Numbered from the stretch's first letter, positions 1 through 10,159 are shown. The stretch is 64,000 bases of DNA from an uncultured Prevotella sp. (GCA_900550365.1 URRR01000005.1:40319-104318), one strand, 5' to 3'. The notes: generated by a model not told the origin, from the letters alone. A program made the numbers and translations.

Positions 1-375
1 GAAATTACAATATCAGCCGTGTTGCTGCCTGAGTTCCGCAATATGTCTGAGACGCAACTGGCCAACGCGCCCGTCATGAAGCTCTCAACAGAGACTCTCG
101 AGCTTGGAACGTTCGGCGATAAGGACGACCTCAGCGGCACAATAATTATAGAGAACCAGGGCCGCAGCCGACTGAACATCAGTTCGATGCAGATGTTCAC
201 CACGGGACTTAAGGTGCGTCTGAACAAGTCAAGGCTTGACCCGGGCGAGTCAGCAAAGCTGAAAATCACCGCCTACAAGAAGCAACTGAAGAACGCGAGG
301 AGCAAACCGCGCGTGCTGATGATAACCAACGACCCCAACAAATCAAAGGTCGTGATACATGTAAACGTAAAATAA
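1..375 (+). CDS. DUF1573-like Ig-fold protein, C-terminal part (5' truncated by window edge)
   Basis: Frame is open from base 1 (EITISAVLLPEF...). Motifs IIIENQGRSRLNI, LDPGESAKLKIT and ITNDP resemble DUF1573 repeats, which commonly lie upstream of meaB in Bacteroidales. Confidence 0.65.
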   Translation, partial: EITISAVLLPEFRNMSETQLANAPVMKLSTETLELGTFGDKDDLSGTIIIENQGRSRLNISSMQMFTTGLKVRLNKSRLDPGESAKLKITAYKKQLKNARSKPRVLMITNDPNKSKVVIHVNVK

Positions 376-415
376 CCGGCAAGCCGGTTACCTAACATCC
401 TTAACAACAGACATT

Positions 416-1531
416 ATGATTCATCCCGAAAACAACGAGAAATACAAAGGACTGACCGTAAACTCAGGTGTGGAGCAGCCCTCAATAGTGAATCCTTACC
501 TGAAACGCGGGCGCTTCAAACGGCGCGAGATGTCGGTGGCTGACATGGTTGACGGCATCATCAAGGGCAACGTTACCGTTCTCAGTCAGGCCGTAACCTT
601 GATAGAGAGCGTCAACCCCGACCACCAGGCTAAGGCCCAGGAGGTAATCGAGAAATGTCTGCCATACAGCGGAAACTCCGTACGCATAGGCATAAGCGGC
701 GTGCCGGGTGCCGGCAAGAGCACATCGATAGACCAGTTCGGCGTACATGTACTCGACAGCTACGGCGGTAAGCTGGCCGTTTTGGCAATAGACCCCAGCT
801 CAGAGCGCTCAAAGGGCAGCATCCTCGGCGACAAGACACGCATGGAAAAGCTGTCAGTACGTGAGGATGCATTCATCCGTCCCAGCCCTACGGCAGGCTC
901 GTTAGGCGGCGTGGCACGCAAGACGCGCGAGACGATAATCCTCTGCGAGGCGGCCGGATACGACAAAATATTCGTAGAAACCGTAGGAGTAGGCCAGAGC
1001 GAGACGGCCTGCCACTCCATGGTAGACTTCTTTCTGCTGATACAGCTTGCCGGCACCGGCGACGAGCTGCAGGGCATCAAGCGCGGCATTATGGAGATTG
1101 CCGACGGCATAGTAATCAATAAGTGCGACGGCGAGAACGTAGACAAATGCCACCTGGCGGCGCGCAACTTCCGCAACGCCCTTCACTTCTTCCCCGCCCC
1201 GGAGAGCGGTTGGCTGCCAAAAGTGCTGTGTTACAGCGGCTTTTACGGCCTCGGAATAAAGGAGATTTGGGACATGGTTTACGAGTATTTCAGCTTCGTC
1301 AAGGATAACGGTTACTTCGCTTACCGCCGCAACGAGCAAAGCAAGTACTGGATGTATGAAACCATCAATGAGCACCTGCGCAGCAGTTTTTACAATAACC
1401 CGGAAATACAGAAGCGCCTGTATGAGGCTGAGCGCTCCGTGCTTGCCGGCCGGTGCACCAGCTTCGCGGCCGCGAAAGAGCTGCTTGACGTGTACTCGGC
1501 TCTTAGGTTAAAAACTAAAAGTGAAAAGTGA
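416..1531 (+). CDS. meaB: methylmalonyl-CoA mutase-associated GTPase MeaB
   Basis: P-loop GVPGAGKST, LAIDPSS, GSILGDKTRM, ETVGVGQSE, GDELQGIKRG and NKCD motifs. Confidence 0.95.
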   Translation: MIHPENNEKYKGLTVNSGVEQPSIVNPYLKRGRFKRREMSVADMVDGIIKGNVTVLSQAVTLIESVNPDHQAKAQEVIEKCLPYSGNSVRIGISGVPGAGKSTSIDQFGVHVLDSYGGKLAVLAIDPSSERSKGSILGDKTRMEKLSVREDAFIRPSPTAGSLGGVARKTRETIILCEAAGYDKIFVETVGVGQSETACHSMVDFFLLIQLAGTGDELQGIKRGIMEIADGIVINKCDGENVDKCHLAARNFRNALHFFPAPESGWLPKVLCYSGFYGLGIKEIWDMVYEYFSFVKDNGYFAYRRNEQSKYWMYETINEHLRSSFYNNPEIQKRLYEAERSVLAGRCTSFAAAKELLDVYSALRLKTKSEK

Positions 1532-1603
1532 AGAGTGAAAAATCCATTTGCTTTGCTTCTCATCTGCCAATTATGAATTGTGAATTTATGAATTATGAAT
1601 TAA
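1516..1603. repeat. short tandem repeats: AAGTGA(A/G) family followed by AATT(A/G)TG heptamers
   Basis: taaaagtgaaaagtgaagagtgaaaaatcca (1516-1546), then aattatgaattgtgaatttatgaattatgaatt (about 1569-1601). Confidence 0.85.
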
Positions 1604-1612
1604 TTTAAAACC

Positions 1613-2461
1613 ATGCAGATAGAGATTGACAGCGGCAGCGGCTTTTGCTTCGGCGTTACCACTGCCATACGTAAGGCCGAGGAGGAGCTTGCCGCCGGCA
1701 AGACGCTTTACTGCCTCGGCGACATCGTTCACAACGGTATGGAGTGTGAGCGCCTGCGCCGCATGGGGCTTATCACTATCAACCATGACGACATGAGCCG
1801 CCTGCACAACGTGAAAGTGCTGCTCCGCGCGCACGGCGAACCGCCCGAGACATACGAGCTGGCACGCCGAAATAATATTGAGATAATCGACGCCACGTGC
1901 CCCGTTGTGCTGCAGCTACAGCGCCGCATCAAGCAGAAATATGACTCAAACCCGGACGCCCAGATAGTGATTTTCGGCAAACCCGGCCACGCCGAGGTAC
2001 TCGGACTGGTAGGCCAGACGGCCGGACGTGCCATTGTTGTGGCCGACATAGACGGCGTAAAGTCATTAGACTTCACGCGGGACATCTTCCTTTACTCGCA
2101 GACGACCAAGTCACTCGACGAGTTTCACCGCATCATAGACTACATCCAGGAGCATATCTCGCCCTCGGCCACGTTCAAGAGCTTTGACACTATCTGCCGC
2201 CAGGTGGCCAACCGCATGCCCAACATCAGCTCGTTTGCCATGCGCCATGACCTCATCCTGTTTGTCTGCGGCCGCAAGAGCAGCAACGGACGAGTGCTGT
2301 TCAACGAGTGTAAGAGCGTGAATCCCAACAGTTATCTGATAGAAGGACCTGACGAGATTGACCCGTCATGGCTCGAAGGCATAACCACCGTAGGCATATG
2401 CGGAGCCACGAGCACGCCAAAATGGCTGATGGAGAAATGCCTTCACAAAATAAGCGGCTGA
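1613..2461 (+). CDS. ispH: 4-hydroxy-3-methylbut-2-enyl diphosphate reductase
   Basis: GFCFGV, IVHN, RAHG, DATCP, HAEV, SQTT, DTIC, SSN and GATSTP motifs. Confidence 0.97.
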   Translation: MQIEIDSGSGFCFGVTTAIRKAEEELAAGKTLYCLGDIVHNGMECERLRRMGLITINHDDMSRLHNVKVLLRAHGEPPETYELARRNNIEIIDATCPVVLQLQRRIKQKYDSNPDAQIVIFGKPGHAEVLGLVGQTAGRAIVVADIDGVKSLDFTRDIFLYSQTTKSLDEFHRIIDYIQEHISPSATFKSFDTICRQVANRMPNISSFAMRHDLILFVCGRKSSNGRVLFNECKSVNPNSYLIEGPDEIDPSWLEGITTVGICGATSTPKWLMEKCLHKISG

Positions 2462-2463
2462 CA

Positions 2464-2555
2464 GCCGTTTTCTAAAAGACGGCCTTTGAGCTTATGAAAG
2501 GCCGTCAATCGCACACCAAAAGGCCGCCTTTTGCAATGCAAAAGACGGCCTTTTA
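2464..2555. repeat. REP-like palindromic cluster (AAAAGACGGCCTTTT family)
   Basis: Direct and inverted copies, e.g. aaaaggccgccttttgcaatgcaaaagacggcctttt. Confidence 0.85.
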
Positions 2556-2628
2556 CCTTTCATGCTGCCAGCGGTTACGACGCCGGCATTCGTCTCTTAG
2601 TCTGTAATACAACGTAAATGATTGCTAA

Positions 2629-2949
2629 TCAAGACTTTATATGTTTTCTGAAAGCTTCCCTCAGCAGATGTTTTATGGCAGCTACAGGGTGGTAGATTAT
2701 CATACGCGGACCGGCATATTTCATTATCACGCGTATCCGTTGACGCATATCGGGGCGGTAACAGTGGGTAGGGCACTGCTTGCACGTCGGTTTGCCGTTG
2801 CCGTAGCGGCACTTCGACAGACGCCCGTTGGCGTATTCCAGAACTTCACGGCAGCCTTCACACAATTCTCTGTTTCCCTCTTTGTGGCGGCAGTAAAGAC
2901 GTATCATCAGTTCAACCGTGCGCCATTCTTCTTCTATTCGTTTATCCAT
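2629..2949 (-). CDS. nitrous oxide-stimulated promoter family (YgbA-like) protein
   Basis: Start taken at MDKRIEEE. Cys-rich pattern MIRLYCRHK...CEGC...RLSKC...KPTCKQCPTHCY...MKYAGPRM...HP. Confidence 0.85.
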   Translation of the reverse strand: MDKRIEEEWRTVELMIRLYCRHKEGNRELCEGCREVLEYANGRLSKCRYGNGKPTCKQCPTHCYRPDMRQRIRVIMKYAGPRMIIYHPVAAIKHLLREAFRKHIKS

Positions 2950-2982
2950 CACCCTTTTTATAGTAAACCAAATGCAAGCAAA

Positions 2983-3105
2983 CAAATCCCCTTGCCTGCC
3001 CGTCTGCTCGTGTCTTGTCTGCTGAAAAAAGTTTTCTTAATTCTTAACTCTTAATTCTTAATTTCACAAGCAAGTCTCCTTGTCTGCCCGTCACTTGTCT
3101 GCCGG
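2983..3105 (-). repeat. composite short-repeat element (AGCAGACAAG family plus TTAAGA(A/G) heptamers)
   Basis: Reverse strand reads aattaagaattaagagttaagaattaagaaaac..ttttcagcagacaagacacgagcagac. Similar to 32173-32233 and overlaps the xpt 3' end. Confidence 0.8.
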
Positions 3106-3675
3106 TTGACTGGAAAAGACTATTTCACCGTCAGAAAGACTTTTGATTACAGCCAATGACTCAACCTTTACGCCCATTGACCGTAACATATCACCGCCGT
3201 GCTGGAAGGCTTTCTCAATAATAAAGCCCATGCCCGTAAGCTCCGCTCCGGCCTGTCTTACCAGGTCTATCATGCCTTTGGCGGCGTTGCCGTTAGCCAG
3301 AAAGTCGTCAATGAACACTACCTTGTCGCCCTTATGCAGGTATTCGCCGCTAAGGCAGATGTCATACGTCCGCTGTTTGGTAAACGAGTAGACCTCTGTT
3401 GTCAGCATGCCGTCCATCGTCACGGGCTTTTTCTTCTTGGCGAACACCACGGGCAGCTCCATAAGGTAGCCCGTCATTATGGCCGGAGCGATGCCGCTGG
3501 CCTCTATTGTTACTATCTTGTTTACGTCGGTCGACGCGAAACGGCGTACAAACTCTACCGCGATGGACTTCATAAGTACCGGGTCCATCTGGTGGTTTAT
3601 GAAGCTGTCAACCTTCAGTATGCCGTCCGCAGGACAGCTTCCGTCTCTCAATATACGTTCAATAAGTGCTTTCAT
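3091..3675 (-). CDS. xpt: xanthine phosphoribosyltransferase
   Basis: [28 protein letters not shown]-binding [13 protein letters not shown] and IEKAFQ. Confidence 0.95.
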   Translation of the reverse strand: MKALIERILRDGSCPADGILKVDSFINHQMDPVLMKSIAVEFVRRFASTDVNKIVTIEASGIAPAIMTGYLMELPVVFAKKKKPVTMDGMLTTEVYSFTKQRTYDICLSGEYLHKGDKVVFIDDFLANGNAAKGMIDLVRQAGAELTGMGFIIEKAFQHGGDMLRSMGVKVESLAVIKSLSDGEIVFSSQPADK

Positions 3676-3691
3676 ATCGTTATTTTAGGTG

Positions 3692-3699
3692 CAAAAATA
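3692..3699 (-). promoter_or_regulatory. Bacteroidetes -7 promoter element for xpt
   Basis: Minus strand TATTTTTG matches TAnnTTTG, 16 nt upstream of the start. Confidence 0.6.
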
Positions 3700-3795
3700 A
3701 GAAAAACAACGATATACTCAAAATAAAACGGCTTACATCCGCTATTTATGAATATACCGTGTTACGGGCAGCGGGCAGGCCCGTAACACGGCAGG

Positions 3796-4995
3796 TTACT
3801 TTATGCGTTCCTCTTTTAAGAACTTTTCAAAGCGGTCATGGTAGCCGTTGAACACGTTGATGTCAACCTCTCCGTGTATTCCGTTGACGCGTCCGTCAGG
3901 GCAAAGCTGCCAGAACACGAGCTTCACTTCCGGCTTATACTCGCCGTAACGGGCTATCCATACGAGATAATCGCGCATGATGTCGGGTGCCGACGGCAGA
4001 TACTTGTTAACGAACTGCTGGCTGACGTACAGAATGGGACGTACCCCCGTGCGCCTCTGTACTATGCGCATCCATGTGCGTATGCGGCTGAACATGGCGT
4101 CAACACCGCCCATCTTTCTGATTTGCGACGGCGTAGGCTCAACGTCGAGAACCGGTGGCAGGTCGCCTTTGCTGAACCTTGAGTGGCGCAGAAAGTAGTT
4201 AGCCTGACGCGTGGCGCCTGATGTAGGCGAGAAAAAGTGGTAAGCCCCGCACGGAATACCGTACCTGCGGGCCTGCCGGTAGTCAGAGAGGTAGTAAGGA
4301 TTGCGCACCGACGCGCCTTCGGTTGACTTTATAAATACAAACGACACGGGATAATCAACCTTGCCGCTAACCTTCTTGCGGCTTATGCTTCCAAGCCCTG
4401 TTATGCGCAGCTTACGCCAGTTTATCGCATATTTCTTGCGTCCGCGACCGTGCTGATAGCGTGAGATGTCAATGCCGTAGATACGTTCGGCAGTGTAGGT
4501 CATGCGCTCACCTCTGTATATTCCGGCTTTCCATTCGCCTACCTGCACCTTACCGTCAGCCCCGATGCCGCATCCGAAGCCGTCAGGGCTGCCCTCTGCC
4601 CACGCCCCGTCATAATAACGGCCGTCACGTCCGTTGTAAACGCCGTGGCCCTTTGGCGCCATGTATCTGTCAAGCTCACCCTTATATGTGCCCGCAGTGT
4701 CAGTAACAATACCGCGCACCACGGTGTCTGCACGCCACATTGCTGTCACCGGACGGCCCTGCCGGTTGTCTGCCGTGCCGTAACCACAGCGCCTGCCCCT
4801 GCTCCATTGCCCGCTGTAAAGGGTGCTGTCGCCGACAGTCAGCACGCCGTATCCGTCAGGCAATCCGGCTGCCAGCTCTCCACGGTACACCGTGTCGCCT
4901 CTTGTTATAATGCCGCTGCCCGCCGGAACGCGTCGTCCGCACGCCGAGAAGGTGAGTAATATTATGATTATGGATGATAAAACAGACTTGTTCAT
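3796..4995 (-). CDS. lipoprotein with MORN-like repeats and C-terminal GH25 lysozyme domain
   Basis: Lipobox-like TFSAC. YxGxW..G...GYG repeats. GH25 motifs GIDISRYQ, FVFIKSTEG, GAYHFF, PPVLDVE, WIARY, FWQ and VDINVF. Confidence 0.88.
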   Translation of the reverse strand: MNKSVLSSIIIILLTFSACGRRVPAGSGIITRGDTVYRGELAAGLPDGYGVLTVGDSTLYSGQWSRGRRCGYGTADNRQGRPVTAMWRADTVVRGIVTDTAGTYKGELDRYMAPKGHGVYNGRDGRYYDGAWAEGSPDGFGCGIGADGKVQVGEWKAGIYRGERMTYTAERIYGIDISRYQHGRGRKKYAINWRKLRITGLGSISRKKVSGKVDYPVSFVFIKSTEGASVRNPYYLSDYRQARRYGIPCGAYHFFSPTSGATRQANYFLRHSRFSKGDLPPVLDVEPTPSQIRKMGGVDAMFSRIRTWMRIVQRRTGVRPILYVSQQFVNKYLPSAPDIMRDYLVWIARYGEYKPEVKLVFWQLCPDGRVNGIHGEVDINVFNGYHDRFEKFLKEERIK

Positions 4996-6047
4996 TTCAA
5001 TAATTCTTTCAGTCCGAAGCCGAAAACAGACGGCTTCGCCAGTTTTCCTCCTACACTAATGCCGGCCAATCTGCCGCGTTGTGTAAACACAAGTGCGCCG
5101 TCCGGGGCAAGCAGTGGCGGCACGTCGTGGCGCATATTGCCGCGCATCGCCCCGGTGAAAACGGCCGGCCGTGACGTCTCAGGATTGAATTTATATGACC
5201 GGCAACCGGGATATGCGGCCGTGACGATGCTGTCGCCGGGCACGAGTGACGGCTGCAGCCACCGGTGAAGATAAACGGCACGTGCCCCGTCGGTCATCGT
5301 TCCGTTCTCAGTCTGCAGCAGAATAAACGGTGAAGCCATGCGTTTCGTCATTACGTTGCACACCGTCCGTGACGTTATTCCTGCCGTGTCAGTGGCTATA
5401 AGGGCATATTCCGTTACGAGCCTGACCTCAAGACGCTTCTTCGTTGACAGCTTTTCGAGCACTTCAAGCAGTTTTCCTGCTTTATCCTTCTGCGTCTTTA
5501 TGCTTGCCGAATACTCCGCCATGACGTTGTAACCGTCGTCGTTTACGTTGTGGACACGCATGTAATAATCGGTTTCGGCAGCCTTCCGGTCAAGCTGATC
5601 AACAAGTCCGGCAATACTGTCAGTCGTCGCTTTCAGTATTGCAGACAACTTCCGGTTGGCCATTATGGCGCGCTTCGCAGCCGTGCTGTCGCCGTTCGCG
5701 ATGACAAGTCTGCCTCCGCACGATGCAATAAACGGATACTTGTTGACCCAGAAACCGCTTGCGTAACTGCGGGAGATCACGCTTGAGTCGGATTTCAGCG
5801 ACAAGTTCTCCGGCAACAGGCTGTCACTGAGACTTCTGAACGCCAATACCGCCCGGCCGTCTGACCGCAACTCATAATACGATGCACTCTCAACCAGCGC
5901 CACGCTCCGCTCCATCTGCCCGACAGTGGCAGGCAGAAACGTGAGCCCGTATATAACAAATGCAACCGCCGCCAGTATTATCGGCAGCGATTGCAATATC
6001 TTTCTGAGGGTTATTTTCTTATCAATCAATCTCTTCATCAGCTTCAT
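4992..6047 (-). CDS. membrane-anchored hypothetical protein, possible degenerate trypsin-like fold
   Basis: 351-aa ORF with N-terminal TM, overlapping both neighbours. SVALV..SGFWV and DGALVFTQRGRLAGIS resemble a trypsin-like scaffold. Exact start uncertain. Confidence 0.6.
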   Translation of the reverse strand: MKLMKRLIDKKITLRKILQSLPIILAAVAFVIYGLTFLPATVGQMERSVALVESASYYELRSDGRAVLAFRSLSDSLLPENLSLKSDSSVISRSYASGFWVNKYPFIASCGGRLVIANGDSTAAKRAIMANRKLSAILKATTDSIAGLVDQLDRKAAETDYYMRVHNVNDDGYNVMAEYSASIKTQKDKAGKLLEVLEKLSTKKRLEVRLVTEYALIATDTAGITSRTVCNVMTKRMASPFILLQTENGTMTDGARAVYLHRWLQPSLVPGDSIVTAAYPGCRSYKFNPETSRPAVFTGAMRGNMRHDVPPLLAPDGALVFTQRGRLAGISVGGKLAKPSVFGFGLKELLK

Positions 6048-7344
6048 ATCCGCCCATTTCGCGGATTGCGTTCTTCAGTATTGTGTACTGCTGGAACAGG
6101 TCATGCACAGGTTCGTGCCCGTCATCATGCATCGGACTCTTAAGGTAGAACGACAACCAGGTCTGTATTCCGCTTCTGCCTGCACGCAGGGCAAGGTCAC
6201 CCAGCAGGGCAAGGTCGAGCATCAGCGGTGCGGCAAGTATCGAGTCACGGCACAGGAAGTCTACTTTTATCTGCATGGGATAGCCCATCCAGCCGAAGAT
6301 ATCGATGTTGTCCCACCCTTCCTTGTTATCGTTACGCGGCGGATAATAGTTGATTCGTACCTTATGGAAGATGTCTCCATAAAGGTCAGGATACTCATCT
6401 TTCTTCAGAATAGTGTCAATGACGCCCAGCTTGCTCACCTCCTTGGTCTTGAAATTCTCAGGAACGTCGAGCACGAGACCGTCTCTGTTGCCAAGAATGT
6501 TGGTAGAGAACCAGCCGCTTACACCCAACATACGGGTGCGGAAGGCTGCCGAGAGAACGGTTTTCATCATCGTCTGACCGGTCTTGAAGTCTTTTCCGGC
6601 TATCGGGACACCGCACTTTTCAGAGTATTGCCACATCGCCGGAATGTCAAGACATGTGTTGGGAGCGCCCATTATGAACGGAGCGCCCTCGCTTATGGCC
6701 GCATACGCATAGCACATTGACGGCGCGATATGCGCGCGGTCGTCAGCCTTCATTGCCGCTTCAAATGCCTCCAGGCTGTCGTGTACTTCCTTGCAGCGGG
6801 GTATATAGATTTCGGTTGATGCAGCCCAGATAACCACCACGCGGCTGCATCCGTGCTCCTGCTTGAACCGACGGATGTCCTCACGCACCTGCTCCATAAG
6901 CTCCCAGCGGGTAAGAGACGTGTCCTTGGTCCATGTTCCGTCAATAGCCTTCACGTAATCAGGGTCATAAACGCCTTTCATCGGCACTATCTTATCAAGC
7001 TCTTCCTTAACAGGATAGATGTCTCTGTCTCTCAACACCTCAGCGTTAAGCGCACTTTCAAAAGCGTTGTAAGGAAGAATGTCCCAAGCGCCGAACACAA
7101 TATCGTCGAGCGCAGGCATAGGAACAATCTCTGAAATGTGCTTATATTGTGCGTCCTTACCTTTTCCTACGCGTATCTTAGCCATTTGCGTGATTGACCC
7201 CACGGGCTTGCCCATGCCGCTGCGGATCATCAATGTTCCTGTTATAAGCGTAGAGCTGACAGCCCCGAGACCGACACATAAAATACCGAGCTTGCCTTCA
7301 GCAGGCGCTATTTTGTTCTGTTCCATTTTTATATTGCTTTTCAT
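6022..7344 (-). CDS. ino1: myo-inositol-1-phosphate synthase
   Basis: VGLGAV Rossmann motif, WAASTE, GKDFKTGQT, NILGNRDG, YYPPRNDNKEGWD and CRDSILAAP. Confidence 0.95.
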   Translation of the reverse strand: MKSNIKMEQNKIAPAEGKLGILCVGLGAVSSTLITGTLMIRSGMGKPVGSITQMAKIRVGKGKDAQYKHISEIVPMPALDDIVFGAWDILPYNAFESALNAEVLRDRDIYPVKEELDKIVPMKGVYDPDYVKAIDGTWTKDTSLTRWELMEQVREDIRRFKQEHGCSRVVVIWAASTEIYIPRCKEVHDSLEAFEAAMKADDRAHIAPSMCYAYAAISEGAPFIMGAPNTCLDIPAMWQYSEKCGVPIAGKDFKTGQTMMKTVLSAAFRTRMLGVSGWFSTNILGNRDGLVLDVPENFKTKEVSKLGVIDTILKKDEYPDLYGDIFHKVRINYYPPRNDNKEGWDNIDIFGWMGYPMQIKVDFLCRDSILAAPLMLDLALLGDLALRAGRSGIQTWLSFYLKSPMHDDGHEPVHDLFQQYTILKNAIREMGGYEADEEID

Positions 7345-7574
7345 ATTTCCTTTGTTTTAGATTTTCCACATAACCGTCTGCCGTATTCAGCATTGCAGAC
7401 AGTCATGGTTTTGCAGATGCGAAAGTACAAAAAAACATTCATCAGTTTGCTCTTTTTTGCGCTTTTTTATTCTCTTTTCAGTTAAAGTGGTCATTAATGG
7501 GGAAGATACTTACATATTTTGTGCTGTTTCTTTTGTAATTTTGCAGGAAATATCACAACTAATAAAATTACAAT

Positions 7575-8747
7575 ATGGCAAGATTTGATTTTGACGAGAT
7601 TGTCAACCGTCGCGACTCAGGCAGCGAGAAGTGGGACGGCGGAGCATCGGCCGACCTTCTGCCGATGTGGGTTGCAGACATGGATTTCCGCACTTCTCCG
7701 GCCATAATCGAGGCTTTGCGCAAGAGGGTTGACCACGGAATATTCGGTTACGAGCATGTTTCCGACGCTTATTATGACGCCCTTATCAACTGGTTTGACC
7801 GCCGCCACGGCTGGCGGATGCGGCGTGAATGGGTTATCTACACCACCGGAGTAGTGCCCGCCGTGTCGGCTGTCATCAAAGCTATGACCGCTCCCGGTGA
7901 CAAGGTTCTTGTGCAGACGCCGGTCTACAACTGCTTTTTCTCATCGATAAGGAACAACGGCTGTCTGATGGCTGACAACAAATTAGTGTACCACGACGGC
8001 ACTTATTCAATAGATTTTGACGACTTCGAGCGTAAGGCCGCCGACCCTTCGGTCAAGGTGTTCCTGCTCTGCAACCCTCACAATCCTGCCGGACGGGTGT
8101 GGACTAAGGAAGAACTTACACGCATGGGCGACATCTGCATGAGGCACGGAGTATTCGTATTGTCTGACGAGATACACTGCGACATCGTGATGCCGGGCTA
8201 CAGATATACGCCGTTCGCCTCGATTTCTGAAGATTTTCTGATGCATTCGGCAACATGCACGGCGCCTACCAAGACGTTTAACATAGCCGGCCTGCAGATT
8301 GCCAACATAACAGTTGCCGACGAGGAGACGCGCCGCCGCGTAGACAAAGCTATCAATATAAACGAGGTTTGCGACGTAGGACCAATGGGAGTTACGGCTC
8401 TCCAGGCTGCCTATAACGACGGTGAGGAATGGCTCAACGGGCTTTTGGACTATCTGCACGGCAACTACGAATGCCTGAAAGAGTTCTTTGCCGGACATAT
8501 GCCGCAGCTGCAAGTCACAAAGCTTGAGGCTACTTACCTTGTATGGGTTGACTGCTCGGCACTCGGCAAGCCGTCGAAGACTATCGTTAACGAGCTTATC
8601 GAGAAGAAGAAACTTTGGCTGAATGACGGCGAGATGTACGGAGAGGCGACGCGTCCGTTTGTCCGCATCAACATAGCCTGCCCACGTTCAGTCATGCTGA
8701 GAGGGCTCGGGCTGTTGGCAGATTATGTCAATGAGACACTTTCCTAA
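7575..8747 (+). CDS. patB: PatB/MalY family PLP-dependent C-S lyase (cystathionine beta-lyase)
   Basis: LPMWVADMDF, HGIFGY, LCNPHNPAGRVW, SDEIHCD and PTKTFNIAGL. TAATTTTG promoter element at 7536-7543. Confidence 0.9.
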   Translation: MARFDFDEIVNRRDSGSEKWDGGASADLLPMWVADMDFRTSPAIIEALRKRVDHGIFGYEHVSDAYYDALINWFDRRHGWRMRREWVIYTTGVVPAVSAVIKAMTAPGDKVLVQTPVYNCFFSSIRNNGCLMADNKLVYHDGTYSIDFDDFERKAADPSVKVFLLCNPHNPAGRVWTKEELTRMGDICMRHGVFVLSDEIHCDIVMPGYRYTPFASISEDFLMHSATCTAPTKTFNIAGLQIANITVADEETRRRVDKAININEVCDVGPMGVTALQAAYNDGEEWLNGLLDYLHGNYECLKEFFAGHMPQLQVTKLEATYLVWVDCSALGKPSKTIVNELIEKKKLWLNDGEMYGEATRPFVRINIACPRSVMLRGLGLLADYVNETLS

Positions 8748-8757
8748 ATAAAAACAT

Positions 8758-8843
8758 AACGTCCGGACGGACCGCATGCTTCACTGCTCCGGCTCAATTC
8801 AGAGGCCAGACATCAGTAACGGCGGTCTGTCCGGACGTTTTTT
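8758..8843. terminator. inverted repeat between convergent patB and murF
   Basis: aacgtccggacggaccgc ... gcggtctgtccggacgtt followed by a T run. Confidence 0.65.
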
Positions 8844-8860
8844 CTGCACTATTTACGGTT

Positions 8861-10159
8861 TTACAGCAGCTTAGGCAACTGATAAAGATGCGTTGAGTTG
8901 CTGCCTTTTATCAGAATACAGAAGCCCTCGGGGCGGTTGGCTTCTATCTCTTTTTCCACTTCCTCCACATTATTGAACTTGCGGAAGCCGCACTCTGTAC
9001 GCCCGAACTCCGGTCCTACGAGCCACACTTCATCAAATCCGGCCTCTTTCAGGAAGTCGGCTACGCGCTGATGTTCCTCCGCGCTCACCGCGCCAAGCTC
9101 ACCCATGTCGCCCAGTATGGCCATTTTCCTGTCGGCCTTCATGTCGCGGAAGTTCACCAGAGCGGCGTTCATGCTGGTCGGGTTAGCGTTATAGGCGTCA
9201 ATGATGAGCCTGTTGTGAGCAGTCATCTCAAGTTCAGAGCGGTTGTTCTTAGGCACGTATGAGGCCAGGGCATGGTCAGTCTGTTCAGGCGTTACCCCGA
9301 AGTTAAGTCCCACGCAGGCCGCAGCGAGCATGTTCATGATGTTGTAGCTGCCGATGATATGCGTGTGAACGTCGTGCCACTGTCCGCCGTCTGTATGCCA
9401 ACGGAAGTTCAGGTAAGGGTCGCATGCGGTCACTTCTCCCGTCACTTTTGCTCCGGCTGTGCCCTCCAGTCCGTATTTCACGAGGTTGAGCCCCTGCGAT
9501 ATGCCCATAAGATGCACGTCGCCACCGTTGATGAAGACAGTTCCTTCATGTTCACGCAGATAGTCATAAAGCTCGCCTTTGGTACGTATTACGCCCTCGA
9601 ACGAGCCGAATCCCTGCAGATGAGCCTTGCCCACGTTGGTTATCAGCCCGCAGTCAGGCTCAACGATGTTCACCAGTGTCCTGATGTCACCCGGATGGCT
9701 GGCGCCCATTTCCACTACGGCTATTTCATGTTCTTTGGTCAACCGCAGCAGAGTTTTCGGCACACCTATATCGTTATTGAAGTTTCCCTGAGTGTAAAGC
9801 ACGTTGTATTTCTCGCCCAGCACGGCAGCGAGCAGCTCCTTCGTGGTGGTCTTGCCGTTAGTGCCGGTTACCCCGATTATCTTTGTGCCGAGTCTGCGGC
9901 GGTGATAATTGGCAAGCCGCTGTAAGGTATTGAGGCAATCGTCAACCAGAATATAGCGGTTGTCGCCTTCCTCAGCGGCATCTTTCTCGTCAACCACTGC
10001 GTATGAGCAGCCCTGCTCAAGAGCTTTCTTTGCGAAAGCGTTACCGTTGAACGATGCGCCTTTAAGCGCGAAGAAGATTGAACCTTCCGGGCATTCGCGG
10101 CTGTCGGTGGTGACAACCGGATGTTCCGTAAAGATGTTGTAAAGTTCAGATATTTCCAT
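8861..10159 (-). CDS. murF: UDP-N-acetylmuramoyl-tripeptide--D-Ala-D-Ala ligase
   Basis: Start taken at MEISEL. TTDSR, ALKGASFNG, GVTGTNGKTTTKE, NFNNDIGVP, EMGASH, DAYNANPTSM, LGDMGELG and KGSN. Confidence 0.96.
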   Translation of the reverse strand: MEISELYNIFTEHPVVTTDSRECPEGSIFFALKGASFNGNAFAKKALEQGCSYAVVDEKDAAEEGDNRYILVDDCLNTLQRLANYHRRRLGTKIIGVTGTNGKTTTKELLAAVLGEKYNVLYTQGNFNNDIGVPKTLLRLTKEHEIAVVEMGASHPGDIRTLVNIVEPDCGLITNVGKAHLQGFGSFEGVIRTKGELYDYLREHEGTVFINGGDVHLMGISQGLNLVKYGLEGTAGAKVTGEVTACDPYLNFRWHTDGGQWHDVHTHIIGSYNIMNMLAAACVGLNFGVTPEQTDHALASYVPKNNRSELEMTAHNRLIIDAYNANPTSMNAALVNFRDMKADRKMAILGDMGELGAVSAEEHQRVADFLKEAGFDEVWLVGPEFGRTECGFRKFNNVEEVEKEIEANRPEGFCILIKGSNSTHLYQLPKLL

